Source: an uncultured Nitrososphaerota archaeon
GTDB taxonomy: Archaea; Thermoproteota; Nitrososphaeria; Nitrososphaerales; CADDZS01
Length of the DNA stretch: 64,000 nucleotides
Direction of reading: 5' to 3'
NCBI GenBank assembly: GCA_963799845.1
Contig: CAWCYI010000006.1
Location: forward strand, 1,216,001 to 1,280,000
Shown: positions 1-10,260 of the stretch, piece by piece
Position numbering within the stretch: position 1 is the stretch's first letter
Layout of the letters: every line of letters begins with the position of its first letter
Position numbers and translations under genes: made by a program
The notes under the pieces: model-generated
The model's input: the letters and a program-made list of their open reading frames with translations, nothing else
The model's database searches: none
What the model was told of the DNA's origin: nothing

Positions 1-530
1 AAATTGTAAGCAATCAATTCATTAGTGTCCCAGCCGTCATAGAGCTTAGGCGCGGAAGATTCAAGAGACCGTTCAGCATCGTTGATAGCCTCTAGCGGTT
101 CATAATCTACGACTATTTTTTCGAGGGCGTCTTCAGCCAGATATCTGTCGGTCGCAAGAACAACTGCAACCGCTTCTCCGGTAAAGTACACCTTGTCAAC
201 TGCAAGCATAAATACGTCTTTTTTCTTCATCCAAGGGAGAGTCACAGACAGCGGAAGCGGTTTCGTTGCTCCGGCAATGTCCCGACCACTAAGGGCAAGA
301 ACCACACCGGGACTTTCCAAAGCCCTCGATAGATCTACTTTCCTGATTCTCGCGTGGGCATAATCGCTTCTAAGTATTGCCGCATGCAACATCCCTGAAA
401 ATTTTATGTCGTCCACGAAGACTCCGTGTCCAGACACCAGAACCGCATCCTCTCGCCTCTTCAGCGGCTTACCGACGAACTTCTTCCCCCTAGTGATTTC
501 AAGAGGTCTTTCAAGAACCGTACTGCTCAA
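1..530 (-). CDS. Xanthine dehydrogenase/CoxL-family molybdopterin-binding large subunit, N-terminal part (runs off window edge)
   Basis: Manual translation from TTG at 530: MSSTVLERPLEITRGKKFVGKPLKRREDAVLVSGHGVFVDDIKFSGMLHAAILRSDYAHARI...VDKVYFTGEAVAVVLATDRYLAEDALEKIVVDYEPL; classic XDH/CoxL N-terminus. Not in the ORF track. Confidence 0.9.
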   Translation of the reverse strand, partial: MSSTVLERPLEITRGKKFVGKPLKRREDAVLVSGHGVFVDDIKFSGMLHAAILRSDYAHARIRKVDLSRALESPGVVLALSGRDIAGATKPLPLSVTLPWMKKKDVFMLAVDKVYFTGEAVAVVLATDRYLAEDALEKIVVDYEPLEAINDAERSLESSAPKLYDGWDTNELIAYN

Positions 531-589
531 AATCGATTCAGCTCACTCTGAAATCGAATTTCAATCCTAGGTTAAGACGATATAGAGAC

Positions 590-1060
590 TCAGAGATGGC
601 CTTTGCCAAAATTCCAGCTGAGGATTTCAAAGTCATTGTAAGGTTTGACCCTGACGAATTTCCGGTTGGAAAAATCTTGAACCGGGGGCCTATTCGTCAG
701 CATCTTGTATTTGTCTGTCATCGAAGTTATGATTTGGTCCATCGTTTCTCTTTCTTCGACAAAACTCGCATCTCCTTGAATAATCGTCCCGACCAGGTCG
801 TCGTAGGAGTAACCAGTGTCAACAACTCCGCATACGTTAGGATTCCGCTCAATGTGCTGGAGTATCACGGATTCTGGATTCTCGTCAAAAAATATGGAGT
901 CACCCAACCTAACAAACTGAGTCGGCAGATTCCAAATCTGCTCCTTCGAATCCAGAGTTGCGAGTCTGAGCCAAATCTGAGAGTCTAGGAAATCTCTTGC
1001 TTGTTCGGGACTTAGCGCAATTTTGGAATAGTTCCTTCTTCTCTTGATAACTTCTGACAC
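590..1060 (-). CDS. Pyridoxamine 5'-phosphate oxidase (PPOX/split-barrel) family protein
   Basis: LRLATLD...HIERNPNVCGVVDTG.SY.DL.G..IQG and C-terminal SWNFGK, typical of PPOX-class flavin/F420 proteins. Confidence 0.75.
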   Translation of the reverse strand: MSEVIKRRRNYSKIALSPEQARDFLDSQIWLRLATLDSKEQIWNLPTQFVRLGDSIFFDENPESVILQHIERNPNVCGVVDTGYSYDDLVGTIIQGDASFVEERETMDQIITSMTDKYKMLTNRPPVQDFSNRKFVRVKPYNDFEILSWNFGKGHL

Positions 1061-1094
1061 GATTAAACTGACCCCTAATTATTGTATTTAGATG

Positions 1095-2492
1095 TTAAGA
1101 CGCGTTAATGAAGTGACACATAGCTTGGATCGCCCGGAGAGCTCTCCTTGGACTAGAATAAACCGGTACTCGAGAACCTTCCAGCTCAGCTAGCCATTTC
1201 TCCTTCACACTCCCTCCCTGAAGTACGAGGAAAACCGGTTTTCCGTTCGAGACTAGCTCGTCATAGATATTCCGTATCTCCGGAAAATCAGAGTTGGCGA
1301 CAGCCAAATCTATCATTAAGAGAGAGTCAACATTGGGATCGTCAATCACGGCCTGCATCGTTTTCCTTCTAATCTCTTTCCCCGAAGTAAGGGCAAATCC
1401 GATATCGAGTGGATTTCCTATTCTTTGATCTGGAGGAATCTGTTTTTTCAAAAACTCGATAGTTTCGCGTGTGAACGTGGGGAATTCTAGTTTGAATTCG
1501 TCTGCTGCATCAGCGGAAAGGGTTCCGTTTGCACCGCTCATAGTCACGACACCGATCTTTCTTCCCCTCGGAAAAGGCTGGAATGATATTGCTTTTGAGA
1601 TGTCGAAGAATTCTTCGATGTCAATAACAGGAATGATGCCCATTTGTATTAGGTAATTATCGTCGAATCTTGGGTCCTGTCCAAATGACCCGGTATGGGC
1701 ACGAGTCGACAGCCTGCCCATTTCTGTTTTGCCGCCCCGCAAAAACACTATAGGTTTTTGTTCTTTCTGAAGACGCCGAGCCAGCTCGAATAACTCCTGT
1801 GGTCTCTTTATCGATTCTAGATAAATTTGGATCGCCTTAACATGTGAAAGTGACCCGGCATATTCTATGAAGTCGACTTCGTCATAATCGGCCTTGTTTC
1901 CAAGACTAACGCTCAGATCGTAGCCGAGGCGCTGGTATTTTCGCGACATTATCTCGTCCATGTACGCACCTGCGAAGATGCCAGTTTGACCCCCGATAGC
2001 AAGATCTCCTCCAGTCCAGCTGTCAAAGTGGTTTATGCTTGCAACTAGGCTCTTCGGGAATGAAACAAATCCCGTAGTGTTCGGACCCAAGAGTCTGATT
2101 CCCAACGAGCGACACTTTTCGAGGATTTCTTGTTCGAGTTCAGCCCCTTTATCCGATGCTTCAGAGAATCCTGCTGATATGATCACGATCGCTTTCACAC
2201 CTTTCCGCCTACAATCGTCCAGCATCGGAAGAACGAGGCTTCCCGCGATCGCGAAAAATACGACATCGACATCAGATGGAATACTGCTGATCGAATCGTA
2301 ACATTCTAGGTCGAGAATCTCTTTGTATTTTGGATTGACGGAGAAGATGCCGCCTTTGTACCCATGAGATTTCATCGAGTCAATCAGAGTGAAACCAGGC
2401 CGGTCAGGATTTGGACTCGCACCGACGACTGCGACAGAATTCGCTTCGAAGATTTCCTTCAATTCGATTTCACTTCGTGTAGCCTGTCCCAA
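1095..2492 (-). CDS. ADP-forming acyl-CoA synthetase alpha subunit (CoA-binding protein)
   Basis: SVAVVGAS, VNPK, SAGFSE, LLGPNTTG, LGNKAD, phospho-His motif AHTGS, NPLDI. Confidence 0.9.
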   Translation of the reverse strand: MGQATRSEIELKEIFEANSVAVVGASPNPDRPGFTLIDSMKSHGYKGGIFSVNPKYKEILDLECYDSISSIPSDVDVVFFAIAGSLVLPMLDDCRRKGVKAIVIISAGFSEASDKGAELEQEILEKCRSLGIRLLGPNTTGFVSFPKSLVASINHFDSWTGGDLAIGGQTGIFAGAYMDEIMSRKYQRLGYDLSVSLGNKADYDEVDFIEYAGSLSHVKAIQIYLESIKRPQELFELARRLQKEQKPIVFLRGGKTEMGRLSTRAHTGSFGQDPRFDDNYLIQMGIIPVIDIEEFFDISKAISFQPFPRGRKIGVVTMSGANGTLSADAADEFKLEFPTFTRETIEFLKKQIPPDQRIGNPLDIGFALTSGKEIRRKTMQAVIDDPNVDSLLMIDLAVANSDFPEIRNIYDELVSNGKPVFLVLQGGSVKEKWLAELEGSRVPVYSSPRRALRAIQAMCHFINAS

Positions 2493-4058
2493 GTACCGTC
2501 TGTGTTGGTCGTGTACTCGCTGCGCACAATTTTCTTGGTTTGTTCTGTTTTTTTCAGTTCATCTACAAACTGGATAAATCTGGGAATCATAAATTTTGGA
2601 AATCTGGATTCACACCAGTTGATCAAATCCCCGGGAGAAAGCTCCGCGCCGGACTTTCGCGAAACAACTAACTTAATGTCATCGCCACCCATTTCAGGGT
2701 TCGATATTCCCACTGCTATGCATTCTTCAACTAGTGGATGTGTAGACAAAACGGTCTCGATCTGAAGGGGAGAAATATTTTCTCCGCGATATCGAATGAA
2801 AGTCTCCACTTTCCCCACATAATGAAAGTAGCCTTCCTCATCAACTCGAACAATGTCACCGCTCTTGAACCAGCCATCTTCCGTGAATCTGGCAAGACTC
2901 TTGGGAACGTCATTATAGTACAGGTCCTCAGGTTGCTTCTTTGCAAACTCGGACTTTAGGCGTGAAACCAGCTGGCCAGGTTTTCCGGGTTCAGTCTCGA
3001 CCCCATTATCATCCAGGATTCTGACCCTCAGCTGAAGGATACTTTAATCCAATTGTTCCTGCACGATTCGTTGGCATTGTGCCCGCTCCAAAAAAAGCTC
3101 CCTCTGTCTGCGCGTAGTGCTCGTAGATCTTGACTCCAAACCGCGCTTCAAAATTTAGCCACGCCTCTTCGCTTGGAACTCCCGCTCCAACAGACAAACG
3201 TGCATTGTGAGCTTTATCGTTCTCTGACACAGGCTGCTTCAAAAGCAGTGGAATTGAAGCACCCTGATGAACGAGGACTGTTGCATCGTAGCGCCTCACA
3301 TCATTCCAGAATTGGCTTACACTGAATCTATCCGTTATTGCGATCTTGCCACCGTTTCTCAAAGCTCCAATCACATGGACCTGTCCAAGAATATGATAAA
3401 GTGCGAAAGGGAGGTAGGTCGTATCTCCTGGGCCGAGGCCGATCGCATCCATCATCTGCTGAACGTAGGTCTCTTGATGCAATGGAAGGATTCCATAATT
3501 TTCATACACTACTCCCTTTGGTGCTCCGGTTGTGCCACTCGTGTAAATGATGCAGCACGGATCGGAATAGCTGAGTTCTATTGTCGGTATAGAATCATGC
3601 CCCTCAGAGATCAGAGAAAGAATCGAGCTATCCGCTTCATTCTCCTCGTGGTCTAGTAAGTAATGTTGAATTCTCTTGACACTGGCAGTTTGCGAGGCCA
3701 AGAATTCCCTTTCGTAGTTATTGTGAACGAATGCCAGTACGGTTTCGCTCTGAGAAAGCAGATAAGATAACTCGTGGGCTTTTAGCTGACAGTTGATTGG
3801 GACGCAAATCCCACCAGCCTTCCAAATCCCGAATTCGCATATCAGATACTCTAAATTTGAGTGGGAAATGATAGCCACCTTATCGCCTTTCTTTATTCCC
3901 ATCTTTGCGAGTGAACTTGAAAGGCGATTAGACTTGCTCTCCAGTTCGGCGAGACTGATAGCGCCATCTTTGTAAAAGGCAAATGACTGGGACCCGTTTT
4001 CCTCGGCTCGGATCCGAAGGAGCGAGCCGGGAGAAGTACATTCTTCTTCGGATTTCAA
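2459..4058 (-). pseudogene. AMP-forming acyl-CoA ligase (CaiC-like) interrupted by one +1 frameshift
   Basis: YTSGTTGAPKG and YAQTE in the 5' ORF. Removing one G from GAGGGTC (3025-3027) gives continuous AEVRILDDNG...GWFKSGDIVRVDEEGYFHYVGKVETFIRYRGENIS, joining ORF 2459..2818. May be an assembly error. Confidence 0.85.
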
Positions 4059-4125
4059 TTTCGAATCTAGACTGAGCTTAGCAACTGACGGAGAATGAAT
4101 TTTGATGAGCTGGTTGATTCTCGTT

Positions 4126-4653
4126 TTATTTCGTATTTATTCCCCTTATTGACTTGCCCTTTTCAAAATGAAATGCAAACATTTCGAGCGGTTCAACTTC
4201 TATCTTCACTCGCGGAAAGGGCTGCCGATGATAGTAAGTGTAGGACGATCTTAATCCGGCAAAGCTCTTTTCATTGATTGCATCGTACACCTTCCACTCT
4301 AGATCCTTATCCTGAATGACCTTGGCTTTTCCCTTCATCATGACACCCCTGGAATCAAAAAACGGTTTTCCACTGTTCCAGACCAGTGTTATCTTTCCAT
4401 TTCGTTGAATATTCTTGATTTTAACTGAAGCGGCATCAGCATCAAAATAGATTCTATCGCCGAGCCTGATGAAGTTAGAAGGAATATTGTGTAGTTTTCC
4501 ATTGAGTGAAATCGTTGCTGCTCTCATGAAAAACTGGTTGTCAATGTAGCGAAAGACCTGTTCCATCTTGACTGGTTCAAGTGCATCCTCTGTCCAATTC
4601 ATGACCTTGTATGCCTCGCAGATGGCTTTATCTGTTTTTTTCAAAGGAATCAA
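4126..4653 (-). CDS. PPOX/split-barrel family protein, paralog of 590..1060
   Basis: AATISLNGKLHNIPSNFIRLGDRIYF vs LATLD...NLPTQFVRLGDSIFF; KIKNIQRN; C-terminal FHFEKG. Confidence 0.75.
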   Translation of the reverse strand: MIPLKKTDKAICEAYKVMNWTEDALEPVKMEQVFRYIDNQFFMRAATISLNGKLHNIPSNFIRLGDRIYFDADAASVKIKNIQRNGKITLVWNSGKPFFDSRGVMMKGKAKVIQDKDLEWKVYDAINEKSFAGLRSSYTYYHRQPFPRVKIEVEPLEMFAFHFEKGKSIRGINTK

Positions 4654-4704
4654 ATTTTCAAACTATCGTAATATACTCCTCTCTCACTTTGAAATCGGAT
4701 TCCA

Positions 4705-5160
4705 ATGCACACGCGCAATCTCAGATCCTACCTAAAGATTCTAGATTCTTAGGGTTTGCTACTTCATATAGAAAAGAGAGTTGACCCAAAATTTGAACTC
4801 TCTGCTGTCGTAAAGGCGGTTGAAAACCTAGACAAGGTGATTATCTTTCACAATTTGAAAAGAAGTGAGTTTGATGTTGCGGCAAACATCGTAGTTTCGA
4901 AAAAAATGTTTTCATTGCTACTCAATACCTCCGAGGCTGATACAGTTCAAGAATATGTAAGGCGGGCAGAGAAGCTGATCAAACCAACGATGGTTTCGAC
5001 CGGTCCGGCAAAAGATCACATTTCCCGCTAACGCAGAAATAATCCTAGAAGTGAAGTCCCTAGCCAATGTCAGAGAAGAAGAGAGACATTATGGAGACAT
5101 GGTCCAATTTTACACCCCTCAATCAAAGAATCACGTATTTTGGCTCAAGGGTATCTGTCA
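4705..5160 (+). pseudogene. UbiD-family decarboxylase remnant (paralog of 42183..43541)
   Basis: MHTRNLRSYLKILDS*GLLLHIEKRVDPKFELSAVVK...; then jumps to PANAEIILEVKSLANVREEERHYGDMVQFYTPQSKNHVFWLK. In-frame stop, large internal deletion, truncated. Confidence 0.85.
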
Positions 5161-5209
5161 GCTCCTTTTGGGAGAGAAGAGCCTGTCATGAATAGACGAC
5201 AACACTATC

Positions 5210-5375
5210 CCGGTGGAACTAACGGTTCTTCAAAAAATGCAAAACGTGGAACTGTTCAATAAAGTGTACAAGGCGTACATCAAAGAGCCCAGATCCTGGA
5301 CGAAGCCTTGTCAGCGCGAAAGAACACCTTCACACACCTCTTGCGGGATGACTGTGACCGCACTGGTAATTTGAA
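5210..5375 (+). pseudogene. Possible RidA/YjgF-family C-terminal remnant
   Basis: PVELTVLQKMQNVELFNKVYKAYIKEP resembles the RidA FNEVYAEYFxEP segment; no start, degenerate. Confidence 0.35.
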
Positions 5376-5539
5376 TCCTACAAGTCGAGTATTTTTATGC
5401 ATGAATATAGGCCGCAACAAGTATCATAGGTCAAAGAAACCGGTGTTGCCGGTACTGTTACATCTTCGGTTGATGATGAATGGTAAGTCATCGCCAATAA
5501 CAGATAAAGTGACAGATCCGCGTAAACACACTTCCTGAC

Positions 5540-6550
5540 CTACTTAAAGGCGGGAATTATTTCTCTGCCGAATTGTTCTACGACTCCTTTGACTTCTTGA
5601 CCTACTCCATGTTCTCCTGTGAGTATAGCTATTTGATGAACTCCCGTTTTTGAAAGATCTTTCAGTTGTTCTATGCATTGGTCCGTCGTACCTGCAATTC
5701 CGAACTTTAGGATAAATTCCTCCGAAAGCATCTTCGTTATTTGTGTCATTTTAACAAAGTCGTGTTTGTTCAATGACGCCTCTTTGATGAGTTTGAGATC
5801 TTTTGTGCTGCTGTCGGCTATTTCTGCCAAGAAAGGATAGAGCGCGGGACTCCACATTGCAAGAGGCCTAACGGAGTCAACCGCGGCCTTCCTATCCTTG
5901 GCAAGACCGCAGAATGTCCAATTGACAAGTTTGATCTTTTGTGGATCACGTTTAGATTTTTTTGCACCTTCCTCGATCTTTTTCTTGGCGAACTCGATAC
6001 ACTTTGAATTAACACCCGTTGAAACTATTACACCGTCAGCAATTTCGCCCGAAATCTCGAGCATTTTTGGACCTGTCGCTGCAACATACAATGGTACCCG
6101 TCTTATTCTTCCAAATGAGAGTTTGGCAGGCCCTTTTGCTCCCGAAAACGTAACTGTTTCCCCTTCTAGCAGTTTCTTAATTTGAAGCGCCTTCTCCAAG
6201 AAGAAACCCGAAGGAACCGGAGCTCTGAGGCCAAGCTCAGCGAGATTCCATGGGCCTCCTGCTGAAATCCCGAGGATAGCTCTTCCGTTTGACAACTCAT
6301 CTATCGAATTGATAGCATTTGACGTGATTCCGACATGCCTACTGAGGAGATTCGTCACGCCAGTTCCGATTATTAATTTGTGAGAATTTAGGGCGCACAG
6401 AGTAAGATAGGGATAGCAGTCTCTTCCCTGCAGTCCTGAATCCGTAATCCAAACGGAATCAAACCCCGCCCTTTCAGTCGTCTTAATTAGGTCGATGAAC
6501 TCAGCGGGTGGCCTCTCGGTACTATGCGACATTGCGAATTCGACGGTCAT
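5540..6550 (-). CDS. LLM-class (luciferase-like, Mer-like) flavin/F420-dependent oxidoreductase
   Basis: ERAGFDSVWITD, IGTGVTN, DELSNGRAILGISAG, PLYVAATGPKMLEISGEIADG. Confidence 0.9.
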   Translation of the reverse strand: MTVEFAMSHSTERPPAEFIDLIKTTERAGFDSVWITDSGLQGRDCYPYLTLCALNSHKLIIGTGVTNLLSRHVGITSNAINSIDELSNGRAILGISAGGPWNLAELGLRAPVPSGFFLEKALQIKKLLEGETVTFSGAKGPAKLSFGRIRRVPLYVAATGPKMLEISGEIADGVIVSTGVNSKCIEFAKKKIEEGAKKSKRDPQKIKLVNWTFCGLAKDRKAAVDSVRPLAMWSPALYPFLAEIADSSTKDLKLIKEASLNKHDFVKMTQITKMLSEEFILKFGIAGTTDQCIEQLKDLSKTGVHQIAILTGEHGVGQEVKGVVEQFGREIIPAFK

Positions 6551-6587
6551 TAGATATTCTAATCCTTGTGTAGGAACATGTTTTCCG

Positions 6588-6956
6588 TCAACTTTTCGCT
6601 ATCACTCGATTGAACTCTGTGAGATTCACAATATTGTTGTCAGGATCAAGATATGCGGCGCTGTATCCCCATGGTTGATTCGTAGGCCTTTCGAGAACTT
6701 CTACTCGCTCAGCGATCAAGCGCTTATTATCTTCATCTAGGTTCTGCGAGGAAAATCCAAATTCTGAATGAGAAGGGGATTCTCCGTCTTTCAATCTAAA
6801 AATAATGAAATGTGTATAGGGGTTGTCCCACGAAAATTCATAATGGGATGGTTCATCACTCCGAAGAGGGATTCCTAGAATATCTCGATAAAAGTGCACT
6901 GATTTTTCAAGTTCGGCAACATGAATTGCGATGTAGTTGATTCTCTTGCTGCTCAA
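6588..6956 (-). CDS. VOC/glyoxalase family protein
   Basis: IAIHVAELEKSVHFYRDILG; PTNQPWGYSAAYLDPDNN. Confidence 0.85.
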   Translation of the reverse strand: MSSKRINYIAIHVAELEKSVHFYRDILGIPLRSDEPSHYEFSWDNPYTHFIIFRLKDGESPSHSEFGFSSQNLDEDNKRLIAERVEVLERPTNQPWGYSAAYLDPDNNIVNLTEFNRVIAKS

Positions 6957-7040
6957 CTTTTGGATTCTACTGCCAATTCGGAAAAATAACCATATAATTA
7001 GAATGTTGATAGAAGTTAGATTTTTTATGGTTGTCAGATG

Positions 7041-7748
7041 TTATTGCTTGCTTTCCGTTTCCCCACTCACTCGACTCATCGTGGCTTTTAAGGGACTCGC
7101 ACGGTTAGCAAAAAGGTAAACGAAAAGTGCGAATAAGAAGAAAAGTGGAACTAAGATAAGATCATTCAGAGAAATCAGGATTTCGCTAAACCAGAACGCT
7201 GAGAAAGATAGTAATAAAGCTGACACGACAACCTTCATGTTTGCTTGCTTTACCTTCCTCACTTGATTCCGTAAAACAAAAGTTGAGACAATAACAATCA
7301 CTACGCCTGTGATTATTCCGATTATTGTGGAAGAGAAATTATTCGGAATTAGGCCTACCAACACAATTGCCGCCTCAAAGGCTTCTATGGCACCAACAGA
7401 AAATCCTGTGTACATCAATCCTTTTTCAAACTCTTCCGCCTTAAAGCCTCCAGAGCGCGACTTGAGTACTGATCGTCTCGCACTGCGGGCTAATCTAATT
7501 CCGAAGTAGAGGAGCAGTAGGCCACCGATGAACTTTACATAAAAAAAAGGAAGGAGCGAAATCGCAGATCCTATCAGTATTGTGGGCACAAGGACAACGA
7601 CAACGCCGAGGGCAACGTAGAAGAAGGCTAATCTGTTTCCTGATTCGCCATATAGGGCCAAACCGACTGCTGCAGCTTCTACCATCTCCAAAGTAGTGAT
7701 TCCTGTAGCAGCCAAGAAAATGGCAGAATCGAAAACCAGAGGCCTCAT
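7041..7748 (-). CDS. Membrane protein, COG4280/TMEM165-GDT1-like (putative cation transporter)
   Basis: Two-repeat TM topology with paired LEMVEA / IEAFEA motifs. Confidence 0.6.
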   Translation of the reverse strand: MRPLVFDSAIFLAATGITTLEMVEAAAVGLALYGESGNRLAFFYVALGVVVVLVPTILIGSAISLLPFFYVKFIGGLLLLYFGIRLARSARRSVLKSRSGGFKAEEFEKGLMYTGFSVGAIEAFEAAIVLVGLIPNNFSSTIIGIITGVVIVIVSTFVLRNQVRKVKQANMKVVVSALLLSFSAFWFSEILISLNDLILVPLFFLFALFVYLFANRASPLKATMSRVSGETESKQ

Positions 7749-7892
7749 CTCCTGACATTAATCTAATTTCGTATGAATCCAATCATAATTCTTGACTAGG
7801 CTTAGCGTGCGATATTTCTCTCATCGGCCGACCTTTCCAAGTTAAATTGAGAATATCGCGGCATGCACTGACTACATAGTCTAGATTCGTTC

Positions 7893-8633
7893 TTAGAGTC
7901 TCACATTTTCCAATGAAGAATAGGACTCTTCCCTCACACCGTTCCGGTGAGCCACAGCAATACAATTGTCCAATAGATCAGAAGAAACGCTCAGTATGTC
8001 CTGCACAGATAAACTCGATCCGAGTTTAGTCATCAAATTTGCGTAGTTTTCCGGAAGGATGTTGAACATCTTTGCCTCTCCGAGTGAGTCGTATGAGAGG
8101 TAATACTTTCGATTGAGAAGAGCAACGAGTTGGGCCGCCAACGACTGGAATTCAATGCTGAAGAGAAGCGAGTCTGCTAACTTACCGTAACTTAATACCG
8201 CTTTCATATGATTCACATACTCACGTAACAGAACAATAATTACCCCGGACTGCTTTGCATACGCCTCATTGGGTATGGAAGAGTCGAACTTCTGGAATTC
8301 TTTTAGAGCATTCTGATCACCATAGATCACTTTAGCGGTGTGAATGTGCATCATCCAGCTGAACCATTCACTGTTCGACGGATCTTTGAAGATATTTTGA
8401 GCCTCTCCTTCAGTTATGAAAAAAGGTTCCGCAATTATGTCTTTGTAAACGAATTTTCGAGATTCGCCAATTTTGTCCTTGCTTGCAATAAGCATATCCA
8501 GATCAGCAAAATCACCATCTTTGTTGTTAGCAGTCATCCCTGCAACTGCTACAAATAGAATCTGATTATGATACTGTTCGACGGCTCTCTTGGCAATACT
8601 TTCAGCGAGCGCCCATCTTTCATCATGCTTCAA
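7893..8633 (-). CDS. Kanamycin nucleotidyltransferase (ANT(4'))-like nucleotidyltransferase
   Basis: MKHDERWALAESIAKRAVEQY...VAVAGMTANNKDGDFADLDM resembles the KNTase N-terminus. Probable TTG start at 8633, with TTTATATA about 40 nt upstream (ORF track extends to 8816). Confidence 0.7.
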   Translation of the reverse strand: MKHDERWALAESIAKRAVEQYHNQILFVAVAGMTANNKDGDFADLDMLIASKDKIGESRKFVYKDIIAEPFFITEGEAQNIFKDPSNSEWFSWMMHIHTAKVIYGDQNALKEFQKFDSSIPNEAYAKQSGVIIVLLREYVNHMKAVLSYGKLADSLLFSIEFQSLAAQLVALLNRKYYLSYDSLGEAKMFNILPENYANLMTKLGSSLSVQDILSVSSDLLDNCIAVAHRNGVREESYSSLENVRL

Positions 8634-8748
8634 TTCAAAAATTCCTTCGCCGTTCGCAAATTCAATAGAGTATATAAATTTCAAATATTGTGAAACGGAA
8701 TATTTTCTCCAGTTTGGCGACTTACGCAATTCGACTTTCAGAATGCGA

Positions 8749-8985
8749 TCAAGAATCCTTGGAATGTTGATTGTTGATCTGATGTTTTTCGGATGTCTCA
8801 ACCAGGATCCCTCCAACTGCCATAGCTAAAATTGATATTCCCGTCAATCCCAAAAAAAGTTCCAAATTTTCGCTCGCGGATGCCAAAAAGTAAATTGATG
8901 CGGCGAATCCTAATAGCATGACTACTTTACCAATTAGGAAAGTACTTGGCCACAAAACTCGCTTAATCACCTGATTTAGTCGCAA
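8749..8985 (-). CDS. Small two-TM membrane protein
   Basis: Two hydrophobic segments in 78 aa, co-oriented with neighbours. Confidence 0.45.
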   Translation of the reverse strand: MRLNQVIKRVLWPSTFLIGKVVMLLGFAASIYFLASASENLELFLGLTGISILAMAVGGILVETSEKHQINNQHSKDS

Positions 8986-9045
8986 AAGCTACTAAAATTA
9001 ATCACAGAAAGCTCGTTGCTGCTATCGACAGAATCATATTCACCC

Positions 9046-10260
9046 TTATGCGCGTCCCAAGTAATAGATAGCAGTCAATGCATAGCCTTCGGTAATAGTG
9101 ATTAGGTCCTCAATTTTCACCCATTCATTCGGCCCATGAATGTTTGCGGTTGAATCTCCAGGAGACCAAGTAATGGCTGGTATATGTGCGATGTTATTCA
9201 GATAACTGGATGGGCCAATAGGAGGTATCCCTTCAATTGAAGCTGGATGTCCCAATACATCTGTCGCAGCTTTCTGGACAGCAGTTACAACTGGAGAGTC
9301 ATCAGAAACATCGTCCCCCTCTACCCATCTTGTTTCCTTGAATTCCACCCGAAAAGTTGGATCGTTTTTCCTGAGATCTTCTACCGTGGTATCAATTGCT
9401 TTCAGGAGAGTGTCTTTCTTCTGGGTGGGCAGTAGTCTGAAATCTAATGTCGCAGTACAAGATTCGGCAGTCGCCGTGGGAGAGAAACCCCCCTTTATCA
9501 TTGTTCCGAGGCACATCGAAGGACCTTGCGGATGAAGCCTATGGGGTACAAAATCTATTTTTAAATGCTTTAGGGCAACTATCAGATCCGCCATTTTTTC
9601 AACCGCGTTGACTCCATTCCAAGGGAAGGCACTGGGAACGGCCTTTCCTATTGTAGTGGCCTCGAGCTGAAGGAAGGATTTGTGAGAAGTAGTGAGGCTT
9701 AAAGGGCCCTTTAGTGTCGGGCAACCAAGGATTATTGATTCAGCTTCAAGGTAACCGTTTTCCCATAGATATTTGGTTCCAGCATCCCAATTGACCTCCT
9801 CCCCCACGGGTACTGTAATTTGTATGTTACCTGAGAGTTTTATGCCCAAACTAATTAGCAATTTCGCGGCCATGACGGCTGATACGATTCCGGCTTTGCA
9901 ATCTGACGCTCCTCTCGCATAGATCTTGCCGTTTTCAATTTCTGCGCCCCATGGATCGAATTTCCAGAGATCTCTCTTCCCCTCGGCCACGACGTCGTTG
10001 TGAGTGTGAAAACCGAGGGTCTTGTCCCCATTTGTACCTCTCAACCAACTAACAACGTTGGGCCTTCCTTTTTCTCCTTCTACAACGATAGTTTTTTCCA
10101 TTCCAATTGATTGAAGTTCGTCTGCAATGAATTCGGAGCACCGCTTCTCATCTCCGCTTATGCTAGGAATTTTCATTATTCCTTGGGCAAAAGAAATAAT
10201 TTCGTCCCTCATTTTGGCAACTTTGGATTTCACTTCGTATAAATCGTCGGAATGTGTCAT
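9046..10260 (-). CDS. M20 family metallo-hydrolase (ArgE/DapE-like deacylase)
   Basis: HNDVV, RGASDCKAG, GEE, GVNAVEKM, IHGPNEW. Confidence 0.92.
   Translation of the reverse strand: MTHSDDLYEVKSKVAKMRDEIISFAQGIMKIPSISGDEKRCSEFIADELQSIGMEKTIVVEGEKGRPNVVSWLRGTNGDKTLGFHTHNDVVAEGKRDLWKFDPWGAEIENGKIYARGASDCKAGIVSAVMAAKLLISLGIKLSGNIQITVPVGEEVNWDAGTKYLWENGYLEAESIILGCPTLKGPLSLTTSHKSFLQLEATTIGKAVPSAFPWNGVNAVEKMADLIVALKHLKIDFVPHRLHPQGPSMCLGTMIKGGFSPTATAESCTATLDFRLLPTQKKDTLLKAIDTTVEDLRKNDPTFRVEFKETRWVEGDDVSDDSPVVTAVQKAATDVLGHPASIEGIPPIGPSSYLNNIAHIPAITWSPGDSTANIHGPNEWVKIEDLITITEGYALTAIYYLGRA

Noticed and set aside
1-530. Calling this aerobic CO dehydrogenase (coxL)
   Set aside because: The diagnostic active-site loop lies outside the window; only a family-level call is possible
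4750-4752. In-frame TAG as pyrrolysine
   Set aside because: The gene also has a large deletion and truncation; no pyl genes seen
8634-8816. N-terminal extension of the KNTase-like ORF
   Set aside because: Overlaps the upstream ORF and contains the likely TATA box; homology starts at 8633
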